Shown: positions 35,662 to 45,347, numbered from the stretch's first letter. The stretch: DNA of 64,000 nt from a virus (IMGVR_UViG_3300042898_002521:1-64000); one strand, 5' to 3'. Notes: generated by a model from the sequence alone, not told the origin. Made by a program: numbers and translations.

Positions 35662-36345
35662 TTAGGAATTACGAAGGCTTTCAGCAATTTCAAGAAGCTG
35701 ATCGTAAGGTGTTTCACGGATTACTTCGTCAGTATAAACCTCTACTGTTGCAATGTAAGCGTCTGCATCTGCCTGGTTAATTCCCCAGTCTTCATCTAGA
35801 TCGCGTGCCTTAATAGCGTTGACGTGGTAAGTAGTACCAGCCTTTTCTCCTGTGCGACTAATCGCCCAGTAGTTCTTATTAATTGGACCTTGTGGAGAAC
35901 TGTTTGCCTGCAACAAAGTGCGAAACAAAGGAGGGGTTGCAGTAAGGATTTGGCGCTGTGGGCCACCTTCTGCGCTTAGGTTAACAATCGTGAAGCCACG
36001 CTTGTCGTCTGGACGGTGATCTAAAACTGTGCACAATGGGCAAGTCTGACCACTTGGCTTGAGGCAAATGTATGACTTTTTGCCTGGCTTGTTAGTTAAG
36101 AAATGTTGCTTGTAGGTAGCAAAGGGGCCACCTTCATCCAAAAACTTTACAACTTGCAAAGTTTCACTTGCTTTGAAGTCAATTGGAAAACTACCTGATG
36201 GGGTAGTCATGCTTTCGGCTGCATCCCAGCCTGACTTAACTGCACCGCTACTTGCTTGAGCGGGACGGGCGTTTACATCGAAGTCTTCACCAAAGCTATC
36301 TGCTACGGAGTACTTCTCTTCTTCTATCGAACGGTTAACTGGCAT
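35662..36345 (-). CDS. putative single-stranded DNA-binding protein
   Basis: KFL..PF..Y.QH..Y.C..CPLC pattern, YWAISRTG; adjacent to polymerase. Confidence 0.6.
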   Translation of the reverse strand: MPVNRSIEEEKYSVADSFGEDFDVNARPAQASSGAVKSGWDAAESMTTPSGSFPIDFKASETLQVVKFLDEGGPFATYKQHFLTNKPGKKSYICLKPSGQTCPLCTVLDHRPDDKRGFTIVNLSAEGGPQRQILTATPPLFRTLLQANSSPQGPINKNYWAISRTGEKAGTTYHVNAIKARDLDEDWGINQADADAYIATVEVYTDEVIRETPYDQLLEIAESLRNS

Positions 36346-36346
36346 T

Positions 36347-36841
36347 TTATTTCTCTTTTTCTGCTTTATCGGCATTGTTGGTTGTTTCTTGCATCTTAAT
36401 GTGTTCCCACATCTCAGCAAGTTCTTGGGGAACTTGCTGGTATTCGGACCACTCGATTCTATCTAAACCTAATAGTCCGTGCTTGTCAAATAGATCGACA
36501 GCTGCATCTACCATAGCACGGCTGTACAGCTTTCGACCTCTTCTTGTGTCACCATTTTTATCAACTACATCAGGTAATCGATATGGTGCGTTAGGTAAAT
36601 ACCCTAACATACCCCAGGTTCGTACCGTGACAATCGGTCTACCTAGAGCCTGTGCCAAAGCACCGAGCGTAAACATTTCTACGTCAATACCACTTGGCAA
36701 AGTTTTTACAAAAGGACGAGCATCCCAAGTTTTTTCTACAATTACTTTGGGCTTCTCTTCTTTAACTAATTTTCTTTTACGTTTACTGCCTGGGTAATAC
36801 TGGTCAATAGCAGAAAACATTTCATCAATTAAATCTTCCAT
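36347..36841 (-). CDS. MerR-like HTH protein
   Basis: FTLGALAQALGR..VTVRTW...G.LP..R.LYS. Confidence 0.6.
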   Translation of the reverse strand: MEDLIDEMFSAIDQYYPGSKRKRKLVKEEKPKVIVEKTWDARPFVKTLPSGIDVEMFTLGALAQALGRPIVTVRTWGMLGYLPNAPYRLPDVVDKNGDTRRGRKLYSRAMVDAAVDLFDKHGLLGLDRIEWSEYQQVPQELAEMWEHIKMQETTNNADKAEKEK

Positions 36842-36842
36842 G

Positions 36843-37250
36843 TTAACTCTTTGACATTACTAACGCCCAAGTTATTTTAGCTGGAAACATCTTGTCAATA
36901 TCTTCTTCAGTAACTAAGCCTTCGTAATAAGCAGCCATAATTGCTTCCTCATCTAGAACAGGAATCATTGTGACGCAGCGCTCGTGCAATCCCTTTTCTT
37001 TTAAGATGTCCTCAGCAATATCCATGTCTAAAGACTTGGATACTTTCCGCTGATTAAGTACTCTCTTGATGCCTGTTATGTCGTCATTAATTTCTACTAC
37101 AACATGCCCACGATCATCAACTTCACCTAGCTCTTTTAAACCGTCGCGTAGTTTTTCTTTAATGTCATTTTGAATTGCAATTGTGCTATCAATACGATCT
37201 TTAAGCGTAGCGTTTTGGCGGACTAGGTCTAACATATCTTCTACGTTCAT
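36843..37250 (-). CDS. hypothetical coiled-coil protein
   Basis: ORF track. Confidence 0.7.
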   Translation of the reverse strand: MNVEDMLDLVRQNATLKDRIDSTIAIQNDIKEKLRDGLKELGEVDDRGHVVVEINDDITGIKRVLNQRKVSKSLDMDIAEDILKEKGLHERCVTMIPVLDEEAIMAAYYEGLVTEEDIDKMFPAKITWALVMSKS

Positions 37251-37274
37251 GTGAACCCCCTTCTTAGGTAGAGA

Positions 37275-37448
37275 TTACTCTAGCACATCAACCTGACGTG
37301 CACGGGCACTCTTTAGATACGAGTACAACCCGTCAATAATAATACTAGTTACCGTAACTCCGTCAATTCGGGCTTGGTCTTGAACAGCAAGCCAAAGCTC
37401 GTCATCTACCCGTAGGGTGCGAGTTGGCGTCTTAGGTGCGTTAGGCAT
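37275..37448 (-). CDS. ribbon-helix-helix DNA-binding protein, 57 aa
   Basis: manual ORF MPNAPKTPTRTLRVDDELW..A..DGVTVTSII; leaderless TACAAT-N6-ATG. Confidence 0.75.
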   Translation of the reverse strand: MPNAPKTPTRTLRVDDELWLAVQDQARIDGVTVTSIIIDGLYSYLKSARARQVDVLE

Positions 37449-37489
37449 ACCTATATTGTACCAAGATGTACTGACAAAATCAGTAAAGA

Positions 37490-38056
37490 TTATAATTTTT
37501 TAAACCAAACTTGCGAGTTAGCCACTAAAAGTTCTATTAAATCCTTACAAATATGGTGAAAAGCATCAACTCCTGGGGCTGGGTCATAGTATGAACCCTT
37601 ACCTGATGCCCAAGTGTAGTCATCAAACGCAATGATTCCCCCAGGCTTAAGTAACTGAAAAGCGTTAAGCCCGTCTTTAACAGTTTGACTAGCCGTGTGA
37701 TCACCGTCAATGTAAATAAAATCATACTCATCTGATTGCTGATAGTATTCATAGAAGAAACAATCGCTAGTCATTTTCCATTTGCGAATTGACTTATTAT
37801 CTTTATGGCGAGAATCGTAAACAGATTCAACTTTAGTAAAATCTATTTGCTCGTGCGCATCTTCCTGACTACCCTGCCAAGTATCAACGTCATCAAGTTC
37901 CCATTTAGTATTGTTTGCAATCCACTCAGTAGCATCTCCTGTGTAAGCACCAATTTGTAAAGCTTTTATACTGGAGTTACTACGCATTTTTTTAGGCAGT
38001 AAAGTGTCAAAGTTGTCTTTGGCAGTAATGTTAAACCAGTTGGGAAAATCAGACAT
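37490..38056 (-). CDS. class I SAM-dependent methyltransferase (Methyltransf_24-like)
   Basis: LQIGAYTG, DTW.GS, YDFIYIDGDH, LKPGGIIAFDDY. Confidence 0.85.
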   Translation of the reverse strand: MSDFPNWFNITAKDNFDTLLPKKMRSNSSIKALQIGAYTGDATEWIANNTKWELDDVDTWQGSQEDAHEQIDFTKVESVYDSRHKDNKSIRKWKMTSDCFFYEYYQQSDEYDFIYIDGDHTASQTVKDGLNAFQLLKPGGIIAFDDYTWASGKGSYYDPAPGVDAFHHICKDLIELLVANSQVWFKKL

Positions 38057-38082
38057 GCCAAGATAGTATCACAAGATACTAA

Positions 38083-38268
38083 CTACTCGTCGTTGTCTTT
38101 ATCTTCACGAATCCGAATAGTGATTAGATGTATAAGGGTTACTAATAGGATTGCGTAGCCCACAACTGTGCGTGCGCTGCCTTCCAATAGTAGCCAGGCT
38201 ACAAAGAACCCAAGGAGTGTGTATCCCTGGTTCAATGATTCAATGATTGCGTCTTTTAACCAGCGCAT
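38083..38268 (-). CDS. small two-TM membrane protein
   Basis: two hydrophobic helices. Confidence 0.7.
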   Translation of the reverse strand: MRWLKDAIIESLNQGYTLLGFFVAWLLLEGSARTVVGYAILLVTLIHLITIRIREDKDNDE

Positions 38269-38269
38269 T

Positions 38270-39964
38270 TTATCTCCTTGCTAACGAGGTGGTAACTCCA
38301 CCAACAATTACTTGTCCAACAAGAACCACAGCTACTGTGCCTTGTTGAGCGGTCTTTCTAATTTCTTTTGGTAGGTCTGCACCTACGTTGGAAATAGCTT
38401 TAAGGGCTTTTTCTGGGTCTGTGAATACTGTGGCAAGAAGTTCTGCTGGGTCTTCAAAGATTTCAATAGCGTCTGCAATTTCTGCAAGCAAAACCACACC
38501 GTTTTCTAATGTGATCGGTTGGTCTGGAGGCAAATCTTCGTAATCCAAACCAGACTCTTCAAATACATCAGCGGGAATGGCTGTATCTTCGTACGCGGCT
38601 ACCAAAACATCAGATAAAAATTCTTTTTCATCTTCAGTTAAAACCACAGTAGGGTCAAAAGTATCAAACAGATTTGTTAATTCTTCTTCAGTAATCTCTC
38701 CATCAGACAAAAAAGCATCAATTACATCAGCCGTATCCGCTGCAGAAATTGAACCGTCAGATAGTGCTTCAGAAACAAGTTCTGTAGTTTCTTCTGCGGA
38801 TGTTATAGTTGGTTCTATTGTAGGTTCAGGAAATGGTGATTCACTTTGAGTAGGTTCAGGTATTGGCGTTGGCTCTGGGTCCAGAGGTGGCTCAACACTC
38901 GCAGTCGGTTCAGGCTCTGGAGTCTGTGTTTCTACTGGCGTTGGTACAACAACTTCAGGAGTTGGTTCAGGTGTTAAAGTTTCTGAAGGGCTTGGGGTTG
39001 GCTCTGGGGTTGGTTCTGGGGATGGCGTTGGTTCAAGGCTTGGTGTTGGCTCTGGCGTGGGTGTTACTGTTGGTTCTGGTGTCGGGGTGGGACTAGGTTC
39101 CACAGGGCACGTCTGATTCCACATAATTACAGACCCGTCCCAGCAAGTAATGTCTGGTGGCGTAGGCGGACATTGAGCGTCCCAGCTAACTGAAGTACCG
39201 TCCCAGCACTCAAGTGGTGGAGGTTGTTGAGGGCAGGTTTGGCTCCAAGTAATCCATGACCCATCCCAACACTGTGTATCAGGCGGTACGGGTGGGCAAG
39301 TCTCATTCCAAGCTACGGTAGACCCATCCCAGCATTGGCCTGGAGGGGGCTCTGGAGGGCACGTAGAGGTCAAGGGAATGACAGACCCATCCCAGCATGA
39401 CTGCATCTCTACAGGAAGCCCACCGTTGACGGTAAAGGCCTCAGAGATGGTTACAACGTCTGTGTTAGGGGCAAATCGGATACCACGCCGCAAGTCTGCA
39501 GGAAGCCATCCTGTGGTTTCTACAGTGCCCGACCATGAAGGGTACCTGGCTATATCTACAGTTAATTTAATTTCAGTTATTGCTCCAGTTGATTGTGGGT
39601 AAGGTCGAACCTTCCAAAGCACACAAAAACCTGTGTTGTTAACGCCATAACTTAAACTAGTACCCTCACCAAAAGTTACCCAGTCATACCCAGCAAGGGA
39701 AATAGATGGGGTATTAGGGTAGGAACTAAAATTAGCGTCAGGAGTACCAAACGTAAGCGTTCCATTAGTAGTTACATACGTAATGTCATAGGTAGTATCA
39801 CCTAGTGGTAATGAAAATGGCAAAATCATTTGATGCGCAGCGTCATCTTCCCGCGTCCATGAGTAAGTGTCACAGGGAGCATCTACCACTGCGTAAGCGG
39901 GCACAGCGTTTAACGGAAAAGCAAATGCAAATGCCAGGGCAGCAAAAATTTTAAAGGATTTCAA
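38270..39964 (-). CDS. secreted, membrane-anchored protein with five CWDG repeats and Pro/Thr/Glu stalk
   Basis: signal peptide (AYA), 5x CWDG-x8-CP, PTPEPT repeats, C-terminal hydrophobic segment. Confidence 0.8.
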   Translation of the reverse strand: MKSFKIFAALAFAFAFPLNAVPAYAVVDAPCDTYSWTREDDAAHQMILPFSLPLGDTTYDITYVTTNGTLTFGTPDANFSSYPNTPSISLAGYDWVTFGEGTSLSYGVNNTGFCVLWKVRPYPQSTGAITEIKLTVDIARYPSWSGTVETTGWLPADLRRGIRFAPNTDVVTISEAFTVNGGLPVEMQSCWDGSVIPLTSTCPPEPPPGQCWDGSTVAWNETCPPVPPDTQCWDGSWITWSQTCPQQPPPLECWDGTSVSWDAQCPPTPPDITCWDGSVIMWNQTCPVEPSPTPTPEPTVTPTPEPTPSLEPTPSPEPTPEPTPSPSETLTPEPTPEVVVPTPVETQTPEPEPTASVEPPLDPEPTPIPEPTQSESPFPEPTIEPTITSAEETTELVSEALSDGSISAADTADVIDAFLSDGEITEEELTNLFDTFDPTVVLTEDEKEFLSDVLVAAYEDTAIPADVFEESGLDYEDLPPDQPITLENGVVLLAEIADAIEIFEDPAELLATVFTDPEKALKAISNVGADLPKEIRKTAQQGTVAVVLVGQVIVGGVTTSLARR

Positions 39965-40029
39965 TGCCAGTTCTCTCCTAAGGGCAATACATAAAGTTTA
40001 CCCGAAGAAAGAATAATAATCTTGGCTTG

Positions 40030-40101
40030 CTCCCCGCCGTGGACTTGAACCACGAACATTTCGATTAACAGTCGAACGCTCTGCCATTGAGCTAGCAGGG
40101 A
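40030..40101 (-). tRNA. tRNA-Asn (GTT)
   Basis: TCCCTGC acceptor, TAGCTCAATGGCAGAGC D arm, CT-GTT-AA loop, GGTTCAAGTCC T arm. Confidence 0.92.
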
Positions 40102-40105
40102 TTAG

Positions 40106-40184
40106 TGGAGCAGTCGAGAGTCGAACTCGATTCCTAACATTTCCGACATGCGGAGTTAATGCCAGTCGATACCAAATCTGCCCC
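40106..40184 (-). ncRNA. tmRNA-like RNA reduced to the tRNA-like domain (no tag ORF)
   Basis: GGGGCAG/CUGCUCC-A acceptor with G3:U; stemless D loop ..GGUAUCGAC; helix 2a; GAA linker; T arm UCGAG-UUCGACU-CUCGA. Confidence 0.75.
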
Positions 40185-40193
40185 TGGTAGAAA

Positions 40194-40667
40194 TTAAACT
40201 CTACCATAGCGGACGTTAGACGTCCAGATACTTTCTATTCGTACACGGTGCCCGTGTTTAGGAGAATGAATAACCTTTCCATTACCTACATAAATTGCTA
40301 CATGGTAAGCGTAACCTTGCTTAGTGACAAAAAATACTAAGTCTCCTGGTTTTGCTTTTGAAGCAACAATTTTTGTGGCAATACGATATTGACCTTGTGC
40401 AGTTGGTGGCAACTTAATGCCCTGATGGTTATATACGTATTTTGTAAATCCAGAGCAATCAAAGCATCTGGGGTTTTGTCCACCCCGACAGTACGGGGTT
40501 CCGATATATTGTTTAGCAATAGCTACGATCGATTTAACCGCAACTTTTGTTTCGATTTTTGTCTGCATTTCATTAGCATTAGCCTGACCCTGGGCTACTG
40601 GTAGCGATACAAGTAAACTTGCAAGAAGCGCAATAGCGGTGGTCAGACGTTTGGTTCTGTCTAACAT
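40194..40667 (-). CDS. NlpC/P60 cell-wall peptidase, secreted
   Basis: GTPY..GG...FDCSG, PGDLVFF, HVAIY.GNG..IHS. Confidence 0.92.
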   Translation of the reverse strand: MLDRTKRLTTAIALLASLLVSLPVAQGQANANEMQTKIETKVAVKSIVAIAKQYIGTPYCRGGQNPRCFDCSGFTKYVYNHQGIKLPPTAQGQYRIATKIVASKAKPGDLVFFVTKQGYAYHVAIYVGNGKVIHSPKHGHRVRIESIWTSNVRYGRV

Positions 40668-40722
40668 ACATTTCTACCCTAACATAAAAAAAGTTAAGGT
40701 TCAGATAGACAGGGTGTATTAC

Positions 40723-42306
40723 TTAAACAGATGTTCCTTCAATAAATGACTTCAAAGAACCAAGAGTTAGGTCTACTCCGCCTTTATCGTCAATGCCTTC
40801 GCCGTCCATAACAGCGTTAGCTATTGAATTTTTCTGCTGTAGTGACTCATGTTGGCGGACTTCAATAGAGCCAGACACTAGAAAATCCTGAATAACAATA
40901 GTTTCCCAAGTAGATGAAGCTCTTTTTATTCGACCGTTTCTTTGCGTCGCAAGGCCAGACGACCACGGCATGTCATAATTAACCAGTAGATTGGCAGCAG
41001 GAAGGTCAACACCATAACCCCCAGCGTCGCTACTAATAAGAACACGCACATCAGGGTTAGTGTTAAATTCAATCTTATTATCTTCTTTAGATTTTGCATC
41101 AAGCTGCCCTGTGTAGGTTCGACAAATGTCTTCTCCTAGCTTATCTTTAATCATGCTTACCATGTCTATGTAAGTAGCAAAGATTACAACTTTATTGTCT
41201 GGGCGTTGCCCTAAAAAATCTTGTACATATTCAATTAAAGCGTCTAGTTTAGGAGAGGCGGTAACTCCATCTAATAACCCTTCTAACAAGAGGTAACTAG
41301 CGTATTGGGAACCTGCGTCTCCTACGGCTTGAAATTTTTCTGCACTTAACTTAACTAGCTCTGGGTGGGAACATAGCATCTTAAGGCATCCTACTTTAGA
41401 CATAATTCTGCCGCGTATCTCATCGGCTCGGCTACCTGTTTTATCGGCATACCCGTAGTGGGAAAGCATATTAAAAGAACCGCCAAATAAATCTTTAGCA
41501 TTATCAAGTTCTTGAATTAGATCATCAACAATTTTTCTGTATAACTTTGCAGATTTCCTGTCAAAGTAAACAAGAATAGGTTCTTTATGAATTGAGTCAG
41601 GTAAGTATGGAGCTACGTCTGGGTCTTTCTGCGACTTCCTTACGGAAGCCTCTTTCATTTTCGTATGTAGCGTAGGTAAATTTCTGTACCTATCAACGCC
41701 GCCCCAAGTATTACGGACAATAAATGTTGTGTCAAAAATATCAAAACGTCCCAGCACTTTCTGATCTACAAATTGCATGATTGAATACAGCTCTTCAGGC
41801 TTACCGTTTTCAATAGGTGTTCCCGTAAGGGCAAATTTAAAAGGAGCATTAGCTAACTTCTTTACTTGTTTAGCTCTTTTAGACTTAAAAGATTTAATAG
41901 CGGTGGCTTCATCTAAAACAACAAACCCGCGAGGTAACTTAGATACGTAAGCCCAGTCGTTTACTACTTGTTCGTAGTTCATAATGATGTAGTCAACTTC
42001 AGAAGTTTCCCAGTTCATTGCTTCTGCGTATTGGGCTTGGCGTTGTTTGGGGGTTCCGTCAATTACTAGTGAAGTAGAGTCACTAAATTTTGTAATAGAG
42101 TTAGCCCACTGGTATTTAAGGCTGGACAAGCATACTACTAGTCCAGGCTCATAGATTTTGTCTTCATCCATTAATCGTTCAACAGCTGCAATGGTTAGTA
42201 CAGTTTTACCTAGTCCTAAATCATAAGCAACCAACATTGAGCCTTGTTCACACATACGGTCTACAGCTTCTACCTGATAAGGCAGAAGTGTTCCAATAAA
42301 TGACAT
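40723..42306 (-). CDS. SNF2-family helicase
   Basis: LGLGKT, LDEA, LTGTPIEN, GGYGVDL, QRNGRI.R. Confidence 0.9.
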   Translation of the reverse strand: MSFIGTLLPYQVEAVDRMCEQGSMLVAYDLGLGKTVLTIAAVERLMDEDKIYEPGLVVCLSSLKYQWANSITKFSDSTSLVIDGTPKQRQAQYAEAMNWETSEVDYIIMNYEQVVNDWAYVSKLPRGFVVLDEATAIKSFKSKRAKQVKKLANAPFKFALTGTPIENGKPEELYSIMQFVDQKVLGRFDIFDTTFIVRNTWGGVDRYRNLPTLHTKMKEASVRKSQKDPDVAPYLPDSIHKEPILVYFDRKSAKLYRKIVDDLIQELDNAKDLFGGSFNMLSHYGYADKTGSRADEIRGRIMSKVGCLKMLCSHPELVKLSAEKFQAVGDAGSQYASYLLLEGLLDGVTASPKLDALIEYVQDFLGQRPDNKVVIFATYIDMVSMIKDKLGEDICRTYTGQLDAKSKEDNKIEFNTNPDVRVLISSDAGGYGVDLPAANLLVNYDMPWSSGLATQRNGRIKRASSTWETIVIQDFLVSGSIEVRQHESLQQKNSIANAVMDGEGIDDKGGVDLTLGSLKSFIEGTSV

Positions 42307-42375
42307 ACAAAAAGACTACACCACGTTAAGCAAAAAGAAAACCCACCCTTTGGGGTGGGTCATCTTTAGTAAAAA

Positions 42376-42780
42376 CTATGCGTCTAGAATTGCCTGTGGA
42401 TTAAGACCTGCGCCTTTTTTCCAGCCTGGACCCTTTTGAAGTTCCATGTGAAGATGTGGACCCGTGACATTGCCTTCGGCTCCAACCTTCCCAATTACAT
42501 CTCCAACTGCAAGAGCTTGACCAACCTTGACGTTATTGGAAGATAGGTGAGCAAAAAGAAGGTGTCCACCTGCAACTTTCATTAATACGGAGTGTTGACC
42601 AAAGGCAGCACCCCAGCATTGACCAACTTTGACTACCTTGCCAGCTACAGGAGCAACAACTACAGCACCCGTTGGAGCAGCAAAGTCTACTCCTTCATGC
42701 TTTCCGCTGGACCATCGTTTCCCCGCGATACCCCAAGGTGTCGTGACCTTATACTTTTTATCTTTCATTGGTGAAGCCAT
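42376..42780 (-). CDS. M23 family peptidase
   Basis: HEGVD, AHLS, TGPHLHME. Confidence 0.9.
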   Translation of the reverse strand: MASPMKDKKYKVTTPWGIAGKRWSSGKHEGVDFAAPTGAVVVAPVAGKVVKVGQCWGAAFGQHSVLMKVAGGHLLFAHLSSNNVKVGQALAVGDVIGKVGAEGNVTGPHLHMELQKGPGWKKGAGLNPQAILDA

Positions 42781-42789
42781 GTTCTCTCC

Positions 42790-43716
42790 TTAGAGACTAG
42801 TTTTATATCGAATTGAATGTCTAGCAGATTCCAAACCAAGGAGTACCTCGGTTTTGCTCATGCCACCAACATCCTTCATATCAGTACCAGAGTAGTCAAA
42901 GAACCAAGCTTCAAAGTTTTGAGTCTTAGTTAGCTGTGCCAGTTTAAAAGAAGCTGACGTACCAGCCTCATCGGAATCTAACGCCATTACAATTCTATCA
43001 GCGGAACGTATGTATTTCAGTTGAATGTCTGAAATTAATGCCCCATAGACAGCTACTCCACCAGGTATTCCTATAGACGCAAGCCGTACAACGTCTAGTG
43101 GGGACTCTACAACTATCATGTCGCCATCTGTGTACTGCTGAAACCCAAATAATCCGTTGGACTTCTTTACCCCCACAGGGTAATTTCGGAAGTGCCTTCC
43201 AGTAAAGGCTTTAACTTGCCAGCCTTGCAGGTTACCTGTTTGAGGGTCTCTAATAGGAATGATCCAGCTTTCAGTAGATCGTTCCCACCGTAAACCAAAC
43301 TGCTGAGCAGCAGCTAGTGTCAACCCACGAGCTTGCAAGGCATGCTCTGGAGGGTCTGTAAAAGCTGCTAGAGAGGCTTCTGAAATGTAAACCAACTCTT
43401 CAAAAATTTCTTTGGGTTTACTAATTGCTCGCTCAAAAGCATCCATAAGTTCTCCGCCACTAGACAACCAAGCCTTAGCATCGTCGTAGTTTAATTCACG
43501 CAAAGTTGCTGTAAGAGAAATGATGTTACCGCGGTACTCGCACGAGAAACAGATGTGAGCTCCAGTATCGGCGTTTATATACCAAGAAGGATTGCGGTCT
43601 GCTTTCCCTGTGCGCTGTTCATGCATGGGGCAAAACCCTTGTATCTCGTTTCCACGAGAACCTACATGCTCAATACCTAAGTCGTCTAAGACGCGCTCCA
43701 TTTCATCTATGGTCAC
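42790..43716 (-). CDS. DNA primase (CHC2 zinc finger + Toprim)
   Basis: CPMH..CFSC; VVESPLD; LDSDEAG; KDVG. Confidence 0.85.
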   Translation of the reverse strand: MTIDEMERVLDDLGIEHVGSRGNEIQGFCPMHEQRTGKADRNPSWYINADTGAHICFSCEYRGNIISLTATLRELNYDDAKAWLSSGGELMDAFERAISKPKEIFEELVYISEASLAAFTDPPEHALQARGLTLAAAQQFGLRWERSTESWIIPIRDPQTGNLQGWQVKAFTGRHFRNYPVGVKKSNGLFGFQQYTDGDMIVVESPLDVVRLASIGIPGGVAVYGALISDIQLKYIRSADRIVMALDSDEAGTSASFKLAQLTKTQNFEAWFFDYSGTDMKDVGGMSKTEVLLGLESARHSIRYKTSL

Positions 43717-44942
43717 ATGTCATCACTACTAATCTCACGGAACTCACCTGTGTTCCAATCCCACACTAATGAAACCTCTAAAGGGCCACAGTTACGGCTA
43801 GCCATAACCTTTAACAACCTAGTGTCGTCTACGTTTTCATCCTCACGTTGCAAACCAAATACAACATCAGCATCTTGAAAAAACGAGGAGGAGTAACCAA
43901 TAGAGTCTACTGTTACGTTACCCTTACGCATCTTCCATCCCAAAGCCTGAGTGGTAATAACAATTGGAATCTGATGCTTCTGTGCAAGACGCTTAAGACT
44001 ACGTGTGATGTTAGTAAGAGCTAAAGCAGTGTTTGCTTCTCCAGACTGCTCATCCATCATTAAGTACACACCGTCAATAAATAAAACGTTAGGCTGCAAC
44101 TGCTGAATCTTATTTGATATTCCAGAAACTACGGATGCTCCTGCTGAGTCGGTCAACCAAAACTTATGTTGAAGCATTGTCATACCGCGAAGCTTTGCTT
44201 GGTACCGCGCTTCTTCCTCTGAGGTAAGAGTTCCTGTGGTTAGGCGGTGGTGTGAGATACGAGCACGCATAGCATCGTAACGAGTAATTTGTTCTTGGTT
44301 ACTCATTTCAAATGATTGAAAAACAGGAACCTTTCCACCACTATGAATGTTATGAGCCATCTGTAATGCAAGAGTTGACTTACCAGTTTTAGGTGGAGCA
44401 ACAATTACAATCAGCTGACCTGGCTGTAGACCGCTGGTTGCTTGATCAATAGTACTAAACCCTGTTGCCATTCCACGAAGACCTCCTGGAAGGTTCTTAC
44501 GCTCAAGGTACTCTTCCCAACGCTGATCAGTGTTCTGGGTAATATCAATGTCACTAACCGCGTGAAATCCATTGTCGTCAAGTGTGGAAAACCCGCTTTG
44601 TAAAATAGATACAGCGTTTTCGTGGTTACCAAACTTTTCAATCTCTTCAATTGCTTTTCGAATAGAGTTATTAACAATAGCTTTACGTTGGGCTTTGACT
44701 ACTTCATCTACTAAAAAATCAAGAGAGTCGCTAACTTCAACAAGAGCGTACGTAGGAAAATTATCTTTAATAACTTCTGTGCTAGGAACTTCATTGTAAT
44801 TGGTGTAATGGTTCCTGACAAAAGACCATACTCTTCGGTCCTCATTGTTTGAAAACCAGGGCTCGGACACGCCGCGCTCAAGCAGAAAACTAATGCTTCG
44901 TTCGTTTAATGCTCGGTTTAGTAGTAGGTTTTCGTAGTTCAT
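43713..44942 (-). CDS. dnaB: DnaB-like replicative helicase
   Basis: TGFSTID..TSGLQPGQL, APPKTGKS, SFEMS, FIDG, QDAD. Confidence 0.88.
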   Translation of the reverse strand: MNYENLLLNRALNERSISFLLERGVSEPWFSNNEDRRVWSFVRNHYTNYNEVPSTEVIKDNFPTYALVEVSDSLDFLVDEVVKAQRKAIVNNSIRKAIEEIEKFGNHENAVSILQSGFSTLDDNGFHAVSDIDITQNTDQRWEEYLERKNLPGGLRGMATGFSTIDQATSGLQPGQLIVIVAPPKTGKSTLALQMAHNIHSGGKVPVFQSFEMSNQEQITRYDAMRARISHHRLTTGTLTSEEEARYQAKLRGMTMLQHKFWLTDSAGASVVSGISNKIQQLQPNVLFIDGVYLMMDEQSGEANTALALTNITRSLKRLAQKHQIPIVITTQALGWKMRKGNVTVDSIGYSSSFFQDADVVFGLQREDENVDDTRLLKVMASRNCGPLEVSLVWDWNTGEFREISSDDM

Positions 44943-44951
44943 CTGTTCCCC

Positions 44952-45347
44952 TTAAAAGTCCAATCCTAAGCGACCATACATTAGTTGGTGCTCTGGGTCA
45001 ATTACGCCGATTACTTCTGGTCTGTATGGTAAGTCTGCAACTAACTTCTTTGGAGAAGCGTAATGGTTATAGTACCTGAACGGGTTGTTGCCTGCCCTAT
45101 CAATTTTGTTAAACAAGATTTCAAGTTCAGAATCTTTGTACTCAAATGAAACTAGCTCAAGTGTTATCCCTGCACGAGTAGTGTACAAGTAAAACTTGTT
45201 TAAAAGAAACTTGTCAAACCCAATCTCTTCAGACTTAACATTAAATATTTTTAATTTCTTTTCTATTACGGGTACCTTGATAAATATTAAATTAGCATTT
45301 ACAAGTACACGCCGTGGCATGTCATTGCTTATGTCCCCTTTATACAT
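44952..45347 (-). CDS. hypothetical protein
   Basis: ORF track. Confidence 0.7.
   Translation of the reverse strand: MYKGDISNDMPRRVLVNANLIFIKVPVIEKKLKIFNVKSEEIGFDKFLLNKFYLYTTRAGITLELVSFEYKDSELEILFNKIDRAGNNPFRYYNHYASPKKLVADLPYRPEVIGVIDPEHQLMYGRLGLDF

Noticed and set aside
40106-40184. Ordinary tRNA (Met or Ala)
   Set aside because: No D stem and the central arm ends in a 5-nt loop on an extended, bulged helix; the features match the tmRNA tRNA-like domain.
39998-40207. 69-aa ORF from the track
   Set aside because: Lies over tRNA-Asn and the tmRNA-like RNA; spurious.
15661-44942. Inteins or introns in nrdJ, recA, polA, helicases
   Set aside because: Proteins are of normal length with contiguous motifs and no intein splice-junction signatures seen.
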